NCBI GenBank assembly: GCA_043228905.1
Contig: JBHGNT010000006.1
Span: forward strand, 2,976,001-3,040,000
Origin: Azolla caroliniana
Lineage: Eukaryota; Plantae; Polypodiophyta
Length of the DNA stretch: 64,000 bases
Direction: 5' to 3'
Made by a program: the position numbers and the translations under genes. Shown one piece after another: positions 1 to 12,410 of this stretch. Position 1 is the first letter of the stretch. The number at the start of each line of letters is the position of its first letter. Under the pieces are notes generated by a model. The model was not told the DNA's origin and made no database searches. It worked only from the letters and a program-made list of their open reading frames with translations.

Positions 1-1588
1 TGTCCAACTCATTTGGTGGATTGTGGTTTGCATTGTTCCATAAGAGGGGAATTAAAGGTGATAGAATTGAATATTCGTTCATTGGGATCATATTAAGGAT
101 GAGGAGAACATCAACTATCTATAATCTGACAAAGATGGGGAATAGGTAAAGTGCATGAATGTGATGACACATATTAGAGATGTATTGAGTAAAAATATGT
201 ACATATTGCAAAGCCCAACAAAGGGCACCCAAATTTCTTAATAGCGAGACATGTGAAATCTGTAGTAAACATATATACTTTTTAGACATACCTCAGGACA
301 TAAAGAAATTGCATTGGTATGGAAAAACATATCAAAGGTTTTGAGATGAAAATAGATGTTAATAATAATAGATAAGGTGGAGTGGTTTTACCCAACACCA
401 AAGTATTTATTTAAGCTGATGGTTAGAATTTAGAAAAATACAGAGGATATGTGGTATATCTTGTATGTACATCTAGCCTTATCGCGTTTTCTAATACTAA
501 TGTAGTATCTTTTTTTGGAAAAGAAGAAGATGTTAACAATAATAACCAACCTTGTATATGAAAGTGAATTTATATCTTCCTTCTTGTTCTTTTGTAATTT
601 GATGAGGGATTATTATCTTTACATATAGAGTTCCATGAAATCATATTTTACTAACAATAATACGGTATAATAATCATGGCAAGAAGTTTGATGTTAGTAT
701 GTGATACATGTTGAAATGGCCAACTTGATTTTGTTTGTCTCCTACCATATACCCTTACTTTTAGCCTCCATGTGACCATACACATACATGTCCATATACT
801 ATTTTCTTTTTCTGGTCCTTGTCAACCCAACTTATAAATTTGGTTGAATTTCATAATTGTTTAGTCAAGTCACTTGAAGGGCATTCATGCTACACAAATC
901 AAACATTAGCTTATGTGTTTCACACTGTTAATGACATCCATTTCTAGTAAAGTTCTTTCATTGGTCTAGTTTCCTTTTCTTCTTTAGATCAGTGCATAAC
1001 ATGTACATGTGAGTAGCATAATACACGAGTGGGTTACTTTTAAACTATTTATAAGATTTGTAACTTATGACTATAGTAGTTATACAAAGGGAGGATATAA
1101 AATTAGGAAATATAAAAGAGCATTCCTATTTTATTTTATTTTATTTTTCCAAAACAAAAAACTCCTTGCATTAGTTATAAAATTTTACAGTTGTCACTAT
1201 TACATACAAACAACAGAAGATGCTCAATAGTTCCATCTTATGTGGAGGCCCATTGATTCAAGAAAGGGAAATGTCGACCATTGCTGGATGAAGGCTAAGC
1301 GTTGTCTTTCAACCCATAGTGTTCTTGGGCTGATCAACTCCATCACAACTTGATCATTGGCATTGATGTGGGTTGAGTGACATTGTTAGTGGTGGAAAAT
1401 GAGATCTCATGTGCCTTTATTACCAACATCATCCTCTCCTCCTCATGTTCGTATCTATCATTTGGGGCTTGCGAAAACCTATTAAATTAATTAAGTTTCT
1501 TTGGAAGAAAGCAAGATAATTATAGTAACCCAAGCCATGTTTCCCCTCAATTATCATGAACTTAAAGTTTTCCTAAACTTATAATCAT

Positions 1589-1645
1589 TGTAAAGAATTA
1601 AGAGATGGATTCTATGCAGCGGAATAGATATGAACTGTGTGTGTG

Positions 1646-1682
<37 letters not shown>

Positions 1683-1985
1683 AGGAGTAAGACTCAGAGA
1701 ATACGTAGGGTAAAGTATATTAACAAAGGAGAAAGACTTGACATTATACAAGGTGGGAGGAGGGTGCTTTATATAGTCACCCTCTCTCTTCATTAACTAT
1801 AAGACTCATGGAGCATGGGGAATGTGAAAGCTCATAAGTTATGTGTCATAGAATATGATTCTATGACTCATACTAAATGCTAGAATACAAAGTGGTGACA
1901 TAATGGTGACTCTTGACCATTGGAGTTTCTATTCACTCTCAAGGTGAGTTCACACACTAGACCAAGTTGAGCTAGATTCTCAACA
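1589..1985 (-). mobile_element. Solo LTR of an LTR retrotransposon (~397 bp)
   Basis: Termini TGTAAAGAAT...ATTCTCAACA (imperfect inverted TG..CA), flanked on both sides by the 5-bp duplication ATCAT (1584-1588 and 1986-1990). Contains a (GA)n tract. Orientation is inferred. Confidence 0.8.
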
Positions 1986-2999
1986 ATCATTACATAACTT
2001 GTTCAAAATATTGAAATTTTTTCATAATACTTTTTACATGCCTTGGCACCCATAGGAATGTTAATGTGATATTATTGTGACATATTCAGTAAGAGTGATA
2101 TACGAATTGTGTGAGCAATGAAGGGACAAAACCTTATTAGATTTCCACAAAAATCTTTAAGATAAATTCTAGATTATAAATTGTATGTATGCAAGGATAG
2201 CCAAATTTTAAATATATGTAATACATACATATACCAATCATCATTGTGGCTACTTTAATCAAAGTTATGAATAGGGGTTTTGATTGAGATAACTAGCAAG
2301 GGGAGTCAAAGATAAATTGTACTTAAGTATAATTATGTGGATCTACGGATTGATTTACATTGATTAGGATCATTCAAAAACCAAGTTCACAATGTTGGAC
2401 ACAATGTGTGTCTTAGTCGGCTACTATGAGCCGGTTGATTGCAAAATAGTTGACCCAATCTTGTATATGGATCATGCAAACAAGATGACAAGCGAGAATG
2501 TGAATATTGTGCATTGTTCAATCACAGAAGCAAGCTTGTGCAGAAAGAAGAGAGACAATTACACAAAGGAAAAATATGTTACCTGTGGTATGCTCGAGAA
2601 AGCAAGAAAAGTACTGGAATACCTTCATCTTCGATATGTGTTTGCTTAATCAGCCCTTATTGCTAGCTATGCTCAACAAATCGACTATGATGAGAGTACA
2701 AGGGAATCAGTTGGTATATTTGTTTATCCAACACAACTTTTGTATTTCTTATGATTTCATAATACCAAGGCGTATCTTTTTAAGGGAAAAAAATACACAA
2801 AGGAAAAACAGTTAGAGCTCAAGAAGACAATCGCATTACAGATCTTGCTAGAACTTGATTACAAGGTTAGGTTCCTCATTCTTATAGTTAGGGTAACTGA
2901 GCCCTAACTATGAGGACGTGTTTGCACTAGGATACAATTTTGGGTAGAGTGGAACTTTAGCCCAACAAACAATAGAGCTTTGATTGTGTTGTCCCTACT

Positions 3000-3700
3000 T
3001 CTTAAGTGGCCCACCACTAAGGATGATGAAACTATTTGAGTAATCATCTAGCGAGAACCTTCTGCTTTACCAAATAGTGTCAAAGAGGAGGGTTTAGCCC
3101 CATTTTCCTACATGAGAAAATTTCCCTAAACCATGGAAACAACCAATTTGAAAACAACATTATTCAAACCTTGTACCCAAATTCTCAAAGGTTACAAAAC
3201 ATTCCATGCATTCACAGAAACACCTACCATAACATGAAATTTATCAATGTTTGATCAATTACACAAGAGTATAGGTGACCAAGAGAAGTGCTTTTGCCCA
3301 ACAATAGTGTTAATCACTTCTAGTTGATTTGAAAGGCAATAAAACAACATGAATCCAAATTTATAATCCTAAGTTTTTCATATGATTCCTTTGTTGGAAA
3401 GAACTACTTGACAATCATAAATTCAAATAAATTCATAAAGTAAACCCCCCTACTACAAATTCAGAGGTTATTATAAAGAAATATAAAATCATGCCCTACC
3501 ATTCCTAGAATGCTTGTAGAACTTTGTTCCATTGAGTAATGTTGGTGTATTGACATGTAAGAATTTGTTCAAATTCAATGTTCTTGTGGCTAAATTCATT
3601 GGAAGCTCCTTAGTACTCAAAAGTGCTTGGTGTTCTTATCCTAATGCTAATGGCACTTGTTAAGAACAACCATTGCTTTATGGCCTTAAGTGCCAAGTAA
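3000..3700 (-). mobile_element. Degenerate retrotransposon pol/integrase-like remnant
   Basis: Minus-strand fragments such as CLTCQ and a PFxxWGxDF-like stretch near 3480-3560, broken by stops and frameshifts. Boundaries approximate. Confidence 0.35.
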
Positions 3701-4263
3701 GGTCAATTCTTTAAGTTTGTGGCGTCAGAGATGGTAAAAAAGAATGGTTTTCCATCACGTGATAGGTGTTTTGGGTAGGTTAGGGGGTATATGCGCACCT
3801 CACTTTTAGGGCCCCATTATCATGATGTGGCAGGTGTAAGAGGGGGAAAACTTGTAAATGTTGAGTTTTGCATTAAGTTTGGATCCTACACAAAGTGGCG
3901 ACAAGACGGAAAAGTGTGAAGTTGAAGTTGGAAAAGGAGAGCAAGTGGAGCAAGGGTTCAATACTCAGTAAATGATGGTATACAATGCATAAACAATGAT
4001 AATGAAGTGAGCGACAAATATGAAAATGTCCAATAACATTTTGTTGGCATCATGCATTCCATGCAAGAATAAGGACAACAACATGATCAAAAGGAAAAAT
4101 AAGGTGGTACATGTTAAATACTTGTCATGAAAATTTAAAAATTTAAAATTTTACTTTTTTAATTTTTAATTTTTCAAAATTTTAAAGATTTTCCTAAAAT
4201 GTGAGAATAAGGCTTGAAAATGAAAAGATTGTTTTTAAAAAAAATTGTGGTTTCTAAGTGTGG

Positions 4264-4343
4264 AAACCGAACCGAACCGTTTAAACCGTTAAGTTGTGGT
4301 TTCACGGTTCGGTTCGGTTGAAACTGAACCATTGTCGACTGTT
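4264..4343. mobile_element. DNA-transposon (hAT-like) terminal segment with palindromic AACCG/CGGTT subterminal repeats
   Basis: aaccgaaccgaaccg...cggttcggttcggtt forms an inverted repeat. It ends in ACCATTGTCGACTGTTA, which resembles the reverse complement of the TAGGGATCGACAACGG terminus at 7158. Confidence 0.5.
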
Positions 4344-5199
4344 ACGAACTCCTGCACCCTTCATCGCCAAAGCCATGTTCCTTGTTTCGATTCCAAGTTA
4401 TCTCATTTCCACATTTCACATGCACATGCGAATTCTCTCAACACTATGGGTTGTTTCCATAAAAATATTTGATCATTGGGTAGCCAACAAGGAGATTTTG
4501 GTGATTGTGTCATCTTTATTTGGAGGGTTCAATAGGTGTTTAGTTGGGCACTATGGTCGTGAGATATCCTTCTGTGGTTCACATAATATTTCATCTATTG
4601 TAAATACACCCACTAATCCATGTAGCTCATTGACCACTTCAATTATTGCGGGTTTTATGCCATTGTTAGAAAGTCAATTTGTTGTGAACCACAACCTCTA
4701 AACTCGTTGTCTTTGAAATGCGACTCTTTCTGGCCATCTTAGCTATTAAATCATATTAGCGCAAGGAGATTCTAAAGGGATGTGAGATGCACGTTGAGAT
4801 TGAAAGAAAGGGGGTGCTAGATGAAACATTTTTCTTGGATATGCCGAACATGAATAAGATTATTTATCTTTACCTAGAAAGATTGGCTACAGTCATTTGG
4901 CATGGCTATACAATATTCATTGTAATATTGGATTATCTTGTATATTGCCTCTAGCCTCTTTAAATTAATTTTAATACCAATAGAAGATAGTTTTTTATGA
5001 AAAAAAAATCATATCAACGCAAGGAATGTTAGGCAAGCAAATCTCATTTTTTCAGTACTCAGTAAAAATATGTAGAGAATTGTTGAGGCATGTGGTTGTT
5101 ACGCCAACAACGTGTAAATTTTGGAGATTGGGTAATGTACAACACTCTTGGTTGGATGTTTATCGGAAATGGCTATGGGCCATCTAAATTCCTAACAAA

Positions 5200-6570
5200 A
5201 TTGTATTGTTTAGATGGTTGTTGGCACATTATGACATTCCTGTGAAGTCATGGATGAGGGGGCATTCCCATGATTTAAAATGTGATAGTTGTGGTTTTCC
5301 TAATGAAACGGTTCACCATGTTTTTTTTTCTTTCAAGAAAACATATCTTTCTATTAGTTTTTAAATGCATATCAGCTATAAAATACAAAATAGATGGAAA
5401 GGAAGTGACTATCCTTCCCCAACCCATCTTGTGTAAGACAATGGCTAGCCATGAATCCTTCGTTTGATAGCCTTGATTGAGAACTTCTGCAATAGTTGAG
5501 ACATACCATGACTTTGCATATGCTCGAAGCAAATCAGTCTTCCTTATCATGTTCATATTCAGCATATCAAGATACCACATTTGGGTCATCTAATCCTTGA
5601 AAAACTTTATATGCATCCAATATACCACCACGTTTAGTGTACATATTTATCAAGGTTGTTCCAATATACTTATCCCTTTCAAGTCTCGCTTTTAGGATAT
5701 ACGAATGAAGAAGCCTTCCACAATATACAGAACCAACATCAATGTATGAGTTGAGGATGAATATGAGCACGAATTTATCCGGTTTGAATCCATCCAAAAC
5801 CATTTTTCGAAACAACTGAATCAACCGTGAATGATGGCCACATCTTGAATGCAATATTTGAAGAACAATGACCAAACATCCTCTATTTTCCACATTCAAC
5901 GTAAAACTCAAGCAAAGCATTATGGTATAGAGGTAATTTTGTATGCCTCGATCCATGATTTCAGCATATATGAGCATGCCTTCATGTAAAGCTATGTGAT
6001 CGACACCCACATTGAGGGATCTTAGCCCATCGAACAGTTTATATGCATTTGATAAACTTCCACATATTGCACACATATAAACTAGAGTGCTTCCAATGAG
6101 CATATCCAAGTTGATACCTAGTTAAGTGATGGCAATATGGATTTCTTTTCCTTCTTTTAAATCCAATGTGTTCGAATATGAAACCACATCTTGAATGCAA
6201 GATTTGAAGAACAATGACTCTATCCATCTCATAAGAAGGCCTTGTCAATGTAGCCTAGAATCATGAAAGAACAAGCTACCACATTTAACCTTCCACAATA
6301 TACAAAACCAAAATCAATGTATGAGTTGAGGATGCATATGAGCATGAATTTGTCTTATTTGAATCCATCCAAAACCATTTTTTGAAACACCTGAATCAGT
6401 CACGAATGATGGCCACATTTTGAATGCAATATTTGAAGAACAATGACCAAGCATCCTCTATTTTCCACATTCAACATAAAACTCAAGCAAAGCATTATGG
6501 TATAGAGGTTATTTTGTATGCCTCAATCCATGATTTCAACATGTAGGAGCATGCTTTCAAAACGGATCAC
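5200..6570 (-). pseudogene. PLS-class pentatricopeptide repeat (PPR) pseudogene with internal duplication
   Basis: ORF 5567-6109 has typical PLS motifs (IGSTLVYMCAICGSLSNAYKLFDGL; FRKMVLDGFKPDKFV; IGTTLINMYTKRGGILDAYKVF...NVVS) but is broken by stops and frameshifts. Segment ~5715-5985 is duplicated at ~6290-6560. Confidence 0.8.
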
Positions 6571-6599
6571 CATGTTTTATGGGTATGTCCTATTGTTAG

Positions 6600-7130
6600 A
6601 GCAGTATGGAAAACAATGTTGAGAATTTTGTATCCTATTTATGGTAAACAGGTGTACACATCAAGTTTTGTGATATGGGGAAGGTTGGCTAAAGAAATAA
6701 AAAACTATGAAAAGGAGTATGTTGATTTTCTTGTCCTCTCCGATGGAAGACGTGTATTGGAGATCTCTTATACAATTCATTGATTGGAAGAGGACAATGT
6801 TTGGTCTACAATATCTTCTTTAGAAGTTTGAGTATTATGGAAGGCAAGATGTAATGAGTATTTCATAAAGGCAAACCGAATGCAGTTGAGTTCATCAAGG
6901 AGATATTGTTGATGCTCTTGCATAGTCTAAGTGGTCAATATGATGCAATACCTTGTGAGCCTAATGTTGTGTTTCATAAGCAACAACATTTTCGAGAAAT
7001 TTGGAAAAAGGCAAAGGCCTTTGCCATTTTGGGGGAAGAATAAAGACTTGGAGATATGCTCCACCAAGATGGCTTTTTGCGCCCCCCTCCCCCGTCTTGG
7101 AAGGACCCTGCATGAGGGCTTCCGCTACTA
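6600..7130 (+). mobile_element. Degenerate LINE 3' remnant
   Basis: LWKARCNEYF-type motif at ~6835-6865, typical of the plant L1 ORF2 C-terminus. No intact ORF. Confidence 0.4.
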
Positions 7131-7157
7131 GACATGTTGATTGATGTGCGTAGGAAG

Positions 7158-8997
7158 TAGGGATCGACAACAGTGTCGCGAAATTCCGCGGGTGCGTGTA
7201 GGATATTAGGGGGGGGCGCGGGGGTCTTGGACTAGGGAGTAGAGGGGGAATGGGAGTTTAACCTTTACGACCTTTGAGCTCAAGAGGAAAGGAGAAAGAA
7301 TAAGAGGTTAGCATGATAGAAAAAATAGAGACAAGACACATCAACAAACTATATTAAGAATCCACTATACGATTACAACCATGGCCGCGTAGGCCAAATC
7401 AAAACCCTAGAAGAAACCCTAACCGGATAGGTAAAGAAGAAGAATGAATGAAACCCTAAACCGAAACCCTCAAAATGGCGACTCCCCAAAGAAAACCCAA
7501 AACAAGTGGAAGCCCCTCAAAAGTGACCCCTCACTCCCTTTTATCGTAGTAAGGGGTGAGGCACATTACATAAAGAGGAGTCAAATCCCCTTTCCTTTAA
7601 TGGGGAATATATCCCATGATCTTAAATCAGTGGGCCTTTAACTCTCTCCCCTCACGCTTTCAATGCCATTGCCCATCATATTTGTACCCCCACGTACTCC
7701 CCTTTCCTACATGCCCATGTGCACACAAGTCCACATCATCATATTTACACTCAACGAATTTTCGTAGAACACCTTACACTTTACATTTGCTTATTTACTC
7801 ATAGGTTACAAATTTAATAAGTATATGTGCTACGTTGCACATCTTGTTTTATTTGTTCCGCTCGAGTTTTCCCACCATGGCTGAAAATCCTCACGACAAC
7901 GGTTCGGTTTAGGCTTAACCGGTTTGGCCTTATCCAAGCCCAACCGGTCAAACCTAAACCGTTTTGGGGTTTCGAACCTAAACCAAACCAAACCGATCCC
8001 TAAACCGGTTTGGGACAAAACTACTGTTCCAAGCTACTATTAGCATATTGAAATGTAGGTTAATTCCTTTTCAAGTATTTGTTAAATTGTTGAACTTCCC
8101 ATTCACCCTTAATATTAAGCTTTCCACCATGAATTGTACAACATAAGCCAAACTCAACTACTTAATCCCGTTTATATAAGAGCTAGGCTATGATTGTTGC
8201 AACATTGAATGAATGTGGCAACATGGTGTCTAGATATTGTGAAGAAACACACAATGATCAACTTTAGCAACCAAATGTAAATCTCGTGCTTGAATCCAAA
8301 CCTTGATAATGAAGTGTAGTTGGTTTGCTTTCTATGTATGAGAGCAGGTGAGATGGATGAGGGAATGCCATGTTTTCAAGTGGAATTAAGTGAGTGTTCA
8401 CATTCTACTTGTCAATTGAATATGCACTACACAAAGAGATTACATTGATGATAATGCTTTGTCCATAAGTGAATAAAGCACATGGTGAGATCATCCATTT
8501 TCTTGCAACACACTTTCTCTGAGTGAAGAAACGTGGTTAGGGCAAGGTTACTCCAAGTAAGTACCCAAGAGCATATGTGACCAACTCTAAGAGTTTAGGT
8601 TGAAGATCATCCGTTGTCAAGAAACGGACCAATTGAGCACTTGGTGCAGTCAATACATTTTCACTTCGGTGACAATACATGGTTATATGTTGAGGTTCGT
8701 GGCTTGGTCTCAACATTGGGCCTTCCCCAACCAATCTCAACTTGACACATGCACAAGCAAGAGATGGACATTGGAATTTGAATTACCACAAGGCATCTTG
8801 TTAAGTTAGCTTTGGGTCAATGAAGAGGCAGAAATGCAAATGCAAAAGCAAAAGCAAGAGGAGGAGAAGAAGAAGCACAACCATGGCTGAGAAACGCAAT
8901 TGCAGCATATCTAATGAGGCATAACAACTGAGGGGCTCCCTCTCCTTCTCTCCCTCCCTCTCTCTCATGTCTATGTGTCTATGGCTATGGCTTTTTG

Positions 8998-9046
<49 letters not shown>

Positions 9047-9447
9047 TTATATGTGGTCATTTCTTTATATTTAGCTTTGCTCTTTCTTCTTTTATTATTC
9101 AATCCCCTTGAGGCGAATTTTGTGTTTGAAGTGTATTATGCTAAATAGGGTTTGTAGATTTGAGTGTATAATTACTTTATAAAGTGTATTTTTTTGGACA
9201 TAGGGGTAGTTTGGAACTTTTAGGGGCATTCTAGTAAATAGACAAACTTCCAGGGGTATCCTGGTACTTTTCCCTTATTTAAATCATAAACAGCTTTACC
9301 GGTTTGAGCCGGTTTGGCCATGCTCAAGCCAAACCGAGCCCTGCTCAAATCGTTTAGGCAGTTTCAATTTTAAGTTGAGCCCCTAAGCCATTTTAAGCCG
9401 GTTTGGCAAAACAGTTTAGCCTTGAGCAGAGCCGATGGCGATCCCTA
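7158..9447. mobile_element. Non-autonomous hAT-like DNA transposon interrupted by a solo LTR
   Basis: Left end TAGGGATCGACAAC(A/G)G and right end ...CCGATGGCGATCCCTA form TIRs. AAACCG/CGGTTT-rich subterminal blocks at 7899-8015 and 9295-9440. Flanks GTAGGAAG / GTTAGGAAG (near-identical TSD). Possible BED-finger relic K*KCIDC on the minus strand near 8645-8666. Confidence 0.7.
7174..7898. mobile_element. Solo LTR (~725 bp) nested in the left TIR of the hAT-like element
   Basis: Termini TGTCGCGA...TCACGACA with flanks ACAG/ACGG. Removing it restores TAGGGATCGACAACGGTTCGGTTTAGGC, matching the sister terminus at 58195-58310. Confidence 0.75.
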
Positions 9448-9456
9448 GTTAGGAAG

Positions 9457-9710
9457 CATTGTACGTAATATACTTGAATGCATCGGCAAACATTCTTTTT
9501 TTAATACGAATGCAAGTGAATGCGTATGTTATCAAAACATTCTTATGTTTTTTTTTACACTTTTTACCTTAAGAAAAAAATTACCTTATAAAAAATATTA
9601 TGAATACAAGAGTATGGTATTTACCATACTTCGAGGGTTTTTACCATACTTGGATGATTGAAACATTCTTGAATGTGAATGCTCATATGGTACGTATGGT
9701 TCATACTATG
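9457..9710. mobile_element. MITE-like element (CATAGTA-type TIR family), copy 1
   Basis: Begins CATTGTACG and ends CATACTATG. Internally similar to 41518-41759. No TSD evident. Confidence 0.55.
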
Positions 9711-9749
9711 GTAAGGTTATATTTTACTGTATCGGTTCTTCTTCTTTTC

Positions 9750-9855
9750 TTTTTTTTTCCAAAAAAAAAACTCCTTCCATTAGTTATAAAATTTTACAAA
9801 TGAGATTATTATGTACAAATCCCTGAAGGGACGCAATAGTTCCATCGAATGTGGT
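9750..9855 (+). repeat. Dispersed repeat also present at ~1143-1245
   Basis: Shared ttttcc-aaaa-ctcctt..cattagttataaaattttaca...caatagttccatc..atgtgg at both loci. Confidence 0.65.
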
Positions 9856-11855
9856 TCTTTGTAGCCATTGGGATCTTTTCATTAATACCATGGTGAATCT
9901 CGACTTTAAAAAAAAAAACGACTAACTTTCCTTTACATAAAATATACAACCCCAAATCTCAATTCCTATTTCTATAAGGTACAATTACAAATGATTAATT
10001 TACATGTGAATGAACCAGTTAGCTCCATGATTAATTTCTTCAGAGATTAATTTCATATGTGAAATCCTTCCAATTTGTATTTATCAAACTACTTTTCTAT
10101 CCTCGGTATCTCAATGATATAGCATTGAAACTTGAACATTATTATTTTCGGTATCTCAATGATAATGAGTATAAAGGCAACGCTATTATTTTCATACTTG
10201 TATTTTGGAAAATACGACAATGACAATGTAGTAAGCCATTGTTTAACGAGCAAACAACCAATGTTCATGAACTCAAACTAGATTATTGAAAAACACGTCT
10301 AACTAACGCAACATTAAATCCCCTAAAGAGACTTAGAACTTACAAACTTAATCATAGAAAGCATAGATTTTTAACTATACATAATCACATTTACATATTT
10401 GAATTTGACTATTTACCTCAAGGTGATTAAACAAATGAAAGTAATGCTCTTACATTATGCCTTGCACGGCAATGAATTTCCCCTTGTTTGTGTCTAGATG
10501 CATTTTGTATATATGCATGTTCACATGCACAACTCTTAAGCTTTTCAAATTCATCTTTTTACTTGAATTGATGACCTATGGTGTTACTAAAAAACACAAC
10601 TAGTCTGATAAGACTTTTAATATGTATAGATGATATAGGACCCTACACAGTTAATACTTGATTTGACATAAAGGTTCAATTCCACATAAGAATTGAACAA
10701 TAAGCTAAACATGAGACATAAACAATATTCATTATTAAAGCATCTAAAACATGATATAATGAAATTAGCTAGAGTGCTTAAACAAATAATTAGGAAAATA
10801 TCGTTTGCCTTTTGGGATCAGTTTCGTTTAGATATTGTGAAATGTCTAGTATTGTGGTAAAATAAAATCCTATAATGCCATGATTTTCTGATATTTTAAC
10901 TCAAGTTTCCTCCATATATTTGACGTATACAATGTTCTTTTGCATTAGAAAGTGATTGAATTTCCCATGAAATATGGAAGATTCATAAACAACCCATAAT
11001 GTTCTATGGCAAAAGTGAGATTGGAATGTTGGAATGATAGAATCAATGACTCATATTGTACATCCGATAATATATAACATCAAAGGTATTCGATACTTTA
11101 TCACATGTGAGAAGTCATGGTAAAGGGATCCCATGATTACTTTATGTTTTCTCTGTATAAGGTCCCCTTCCTACATCATAAAGGGATTATCTTTGATGCA
11201 TAAGAGTTTGTCTTCGTTTAGAATAGTATCTATAGCACTTTCACCAAAAAAAATCGCTTGACTTGTTGTATCATGATTTGTATTGTTGATTTATTCACAT
11301 GTTTTTTTGGCCCAACATTTGTCCAATAGGTAAGAGAGACATCTAAAAATGTTTATTCTCAATTTTTCCTTACATTTTTGAAATAAAATAAAAATATGTA
11401 CAATTATCTAGCTATTTTGCAACTCATTCCTCTATTGGCAACAAGAATTCATCAAGTCTTGAGGTTGGTTGTCACTTTAATTGGTTACTCTTGTTAGGCT
11501 TGTTGCATTCTCCATAGTAACATTCATTTCTTTCAAAAATAGTTAGGGTTACATGAGTAATTTGGATAGCAAGAGTATGGGAGCAGCATTATAACAATCT
11601 TAATTTATAGTGGGAATTTACGATGACTCGATTATCTAGGATATAGCCAAGTGGATACATCTTTAGTTGTTACTACATCATAGGTGACAGTGGTAGGACT
11701 AATGATCATAGGTCATAGTGGTGACTCAGCCTATGCATTTTCCACGCGTGTTTGGAACTTTACCTTTATTAAAAAGAAGAAATAGGGACACAAAATTGGG
11801 AGATAAGGAGAAGTTTGTAAAGTTATCCCAAAGAGAGAGTGAGTGAGAGAATCAT

Positions 11856-12410
11856 ATGGCTATGGTGGCATGCTTAGGATCATCTAGCAAATTCATTGAT
11901 ACTAATGTAATTTGGAGGCAAGTATATTCAAGGGAAGAATCAACTCATTGTAGACACACCACTTCATGCATGAAGGAGAGAAGACAACATAGTTATAATA
12001 TTACCAATGAGACTTTAGGGATTGAACTAGAACTAGGTGGCATAGATGTAACTAATCAAGTGACAACAACAAAAACAAGTACTATTACTACTAGCACCGC
12101 CATCACCACTACTAAACATAAGGTTGATCGAGTTGTCAAGAATGACTACGAGGAAGATGTGGAAAATAGGAAGAAGGCATTGGCAAAGGAGGTGCTCCGA
12201 CTCATTGCGGCCGCAGAGGAGAAGTGTAGTATCGGTGGTGGTGAGTATGACATATTTTGTACTGATTGCGAAGATGCTTGGGACAAAGTTGAGGCACACC
12301 TCCTTCTAACTGCCACGGTACCCGAGCCCGCTACCTCTTCGGAGTTATCCAATCATATCCACACCAATCAAACTCCTCATCATCGATTTAGGCCAGGTTT
12401 TAACTCGTGA
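11856..12410 (+). CDS. Divergent, C-terminally truncated CP12-like protein (184 aa, intronless)
   Basis: Open 184-aa ORF. Segment LAKEVLRLIAAAEEKC...CEDAWDKVE matches the CP12 N-terminal helix-Cys...Cys-xx-AWDxVE signature. The N-terminus MAMVACLGSSSK is loosely transit-peptide-like. Confidence 0.6.
   Translation: MAMVACLGSSSKFIDTNVIWRQVYSREESTHCRHTTSCMKERRQHSYNITNETLGIELELGGIDVTNQVTTTKTSTITTSTAITTTKHKVDRVVKNDYEEDVENRKKALAKEVLRLIAAAEEKCSIGGGEYDIFCTDCEDAWDKVEAHLLLTATVPEPATSSELSNHIHTNQTPHHRFRPGFNS

Noticed and set aside
4294-4701. 135-aa plus-strand ORF
   Set aside because: Starts inside a transposon terminus and appears to be the antisense of a decayed retroelement fragment.
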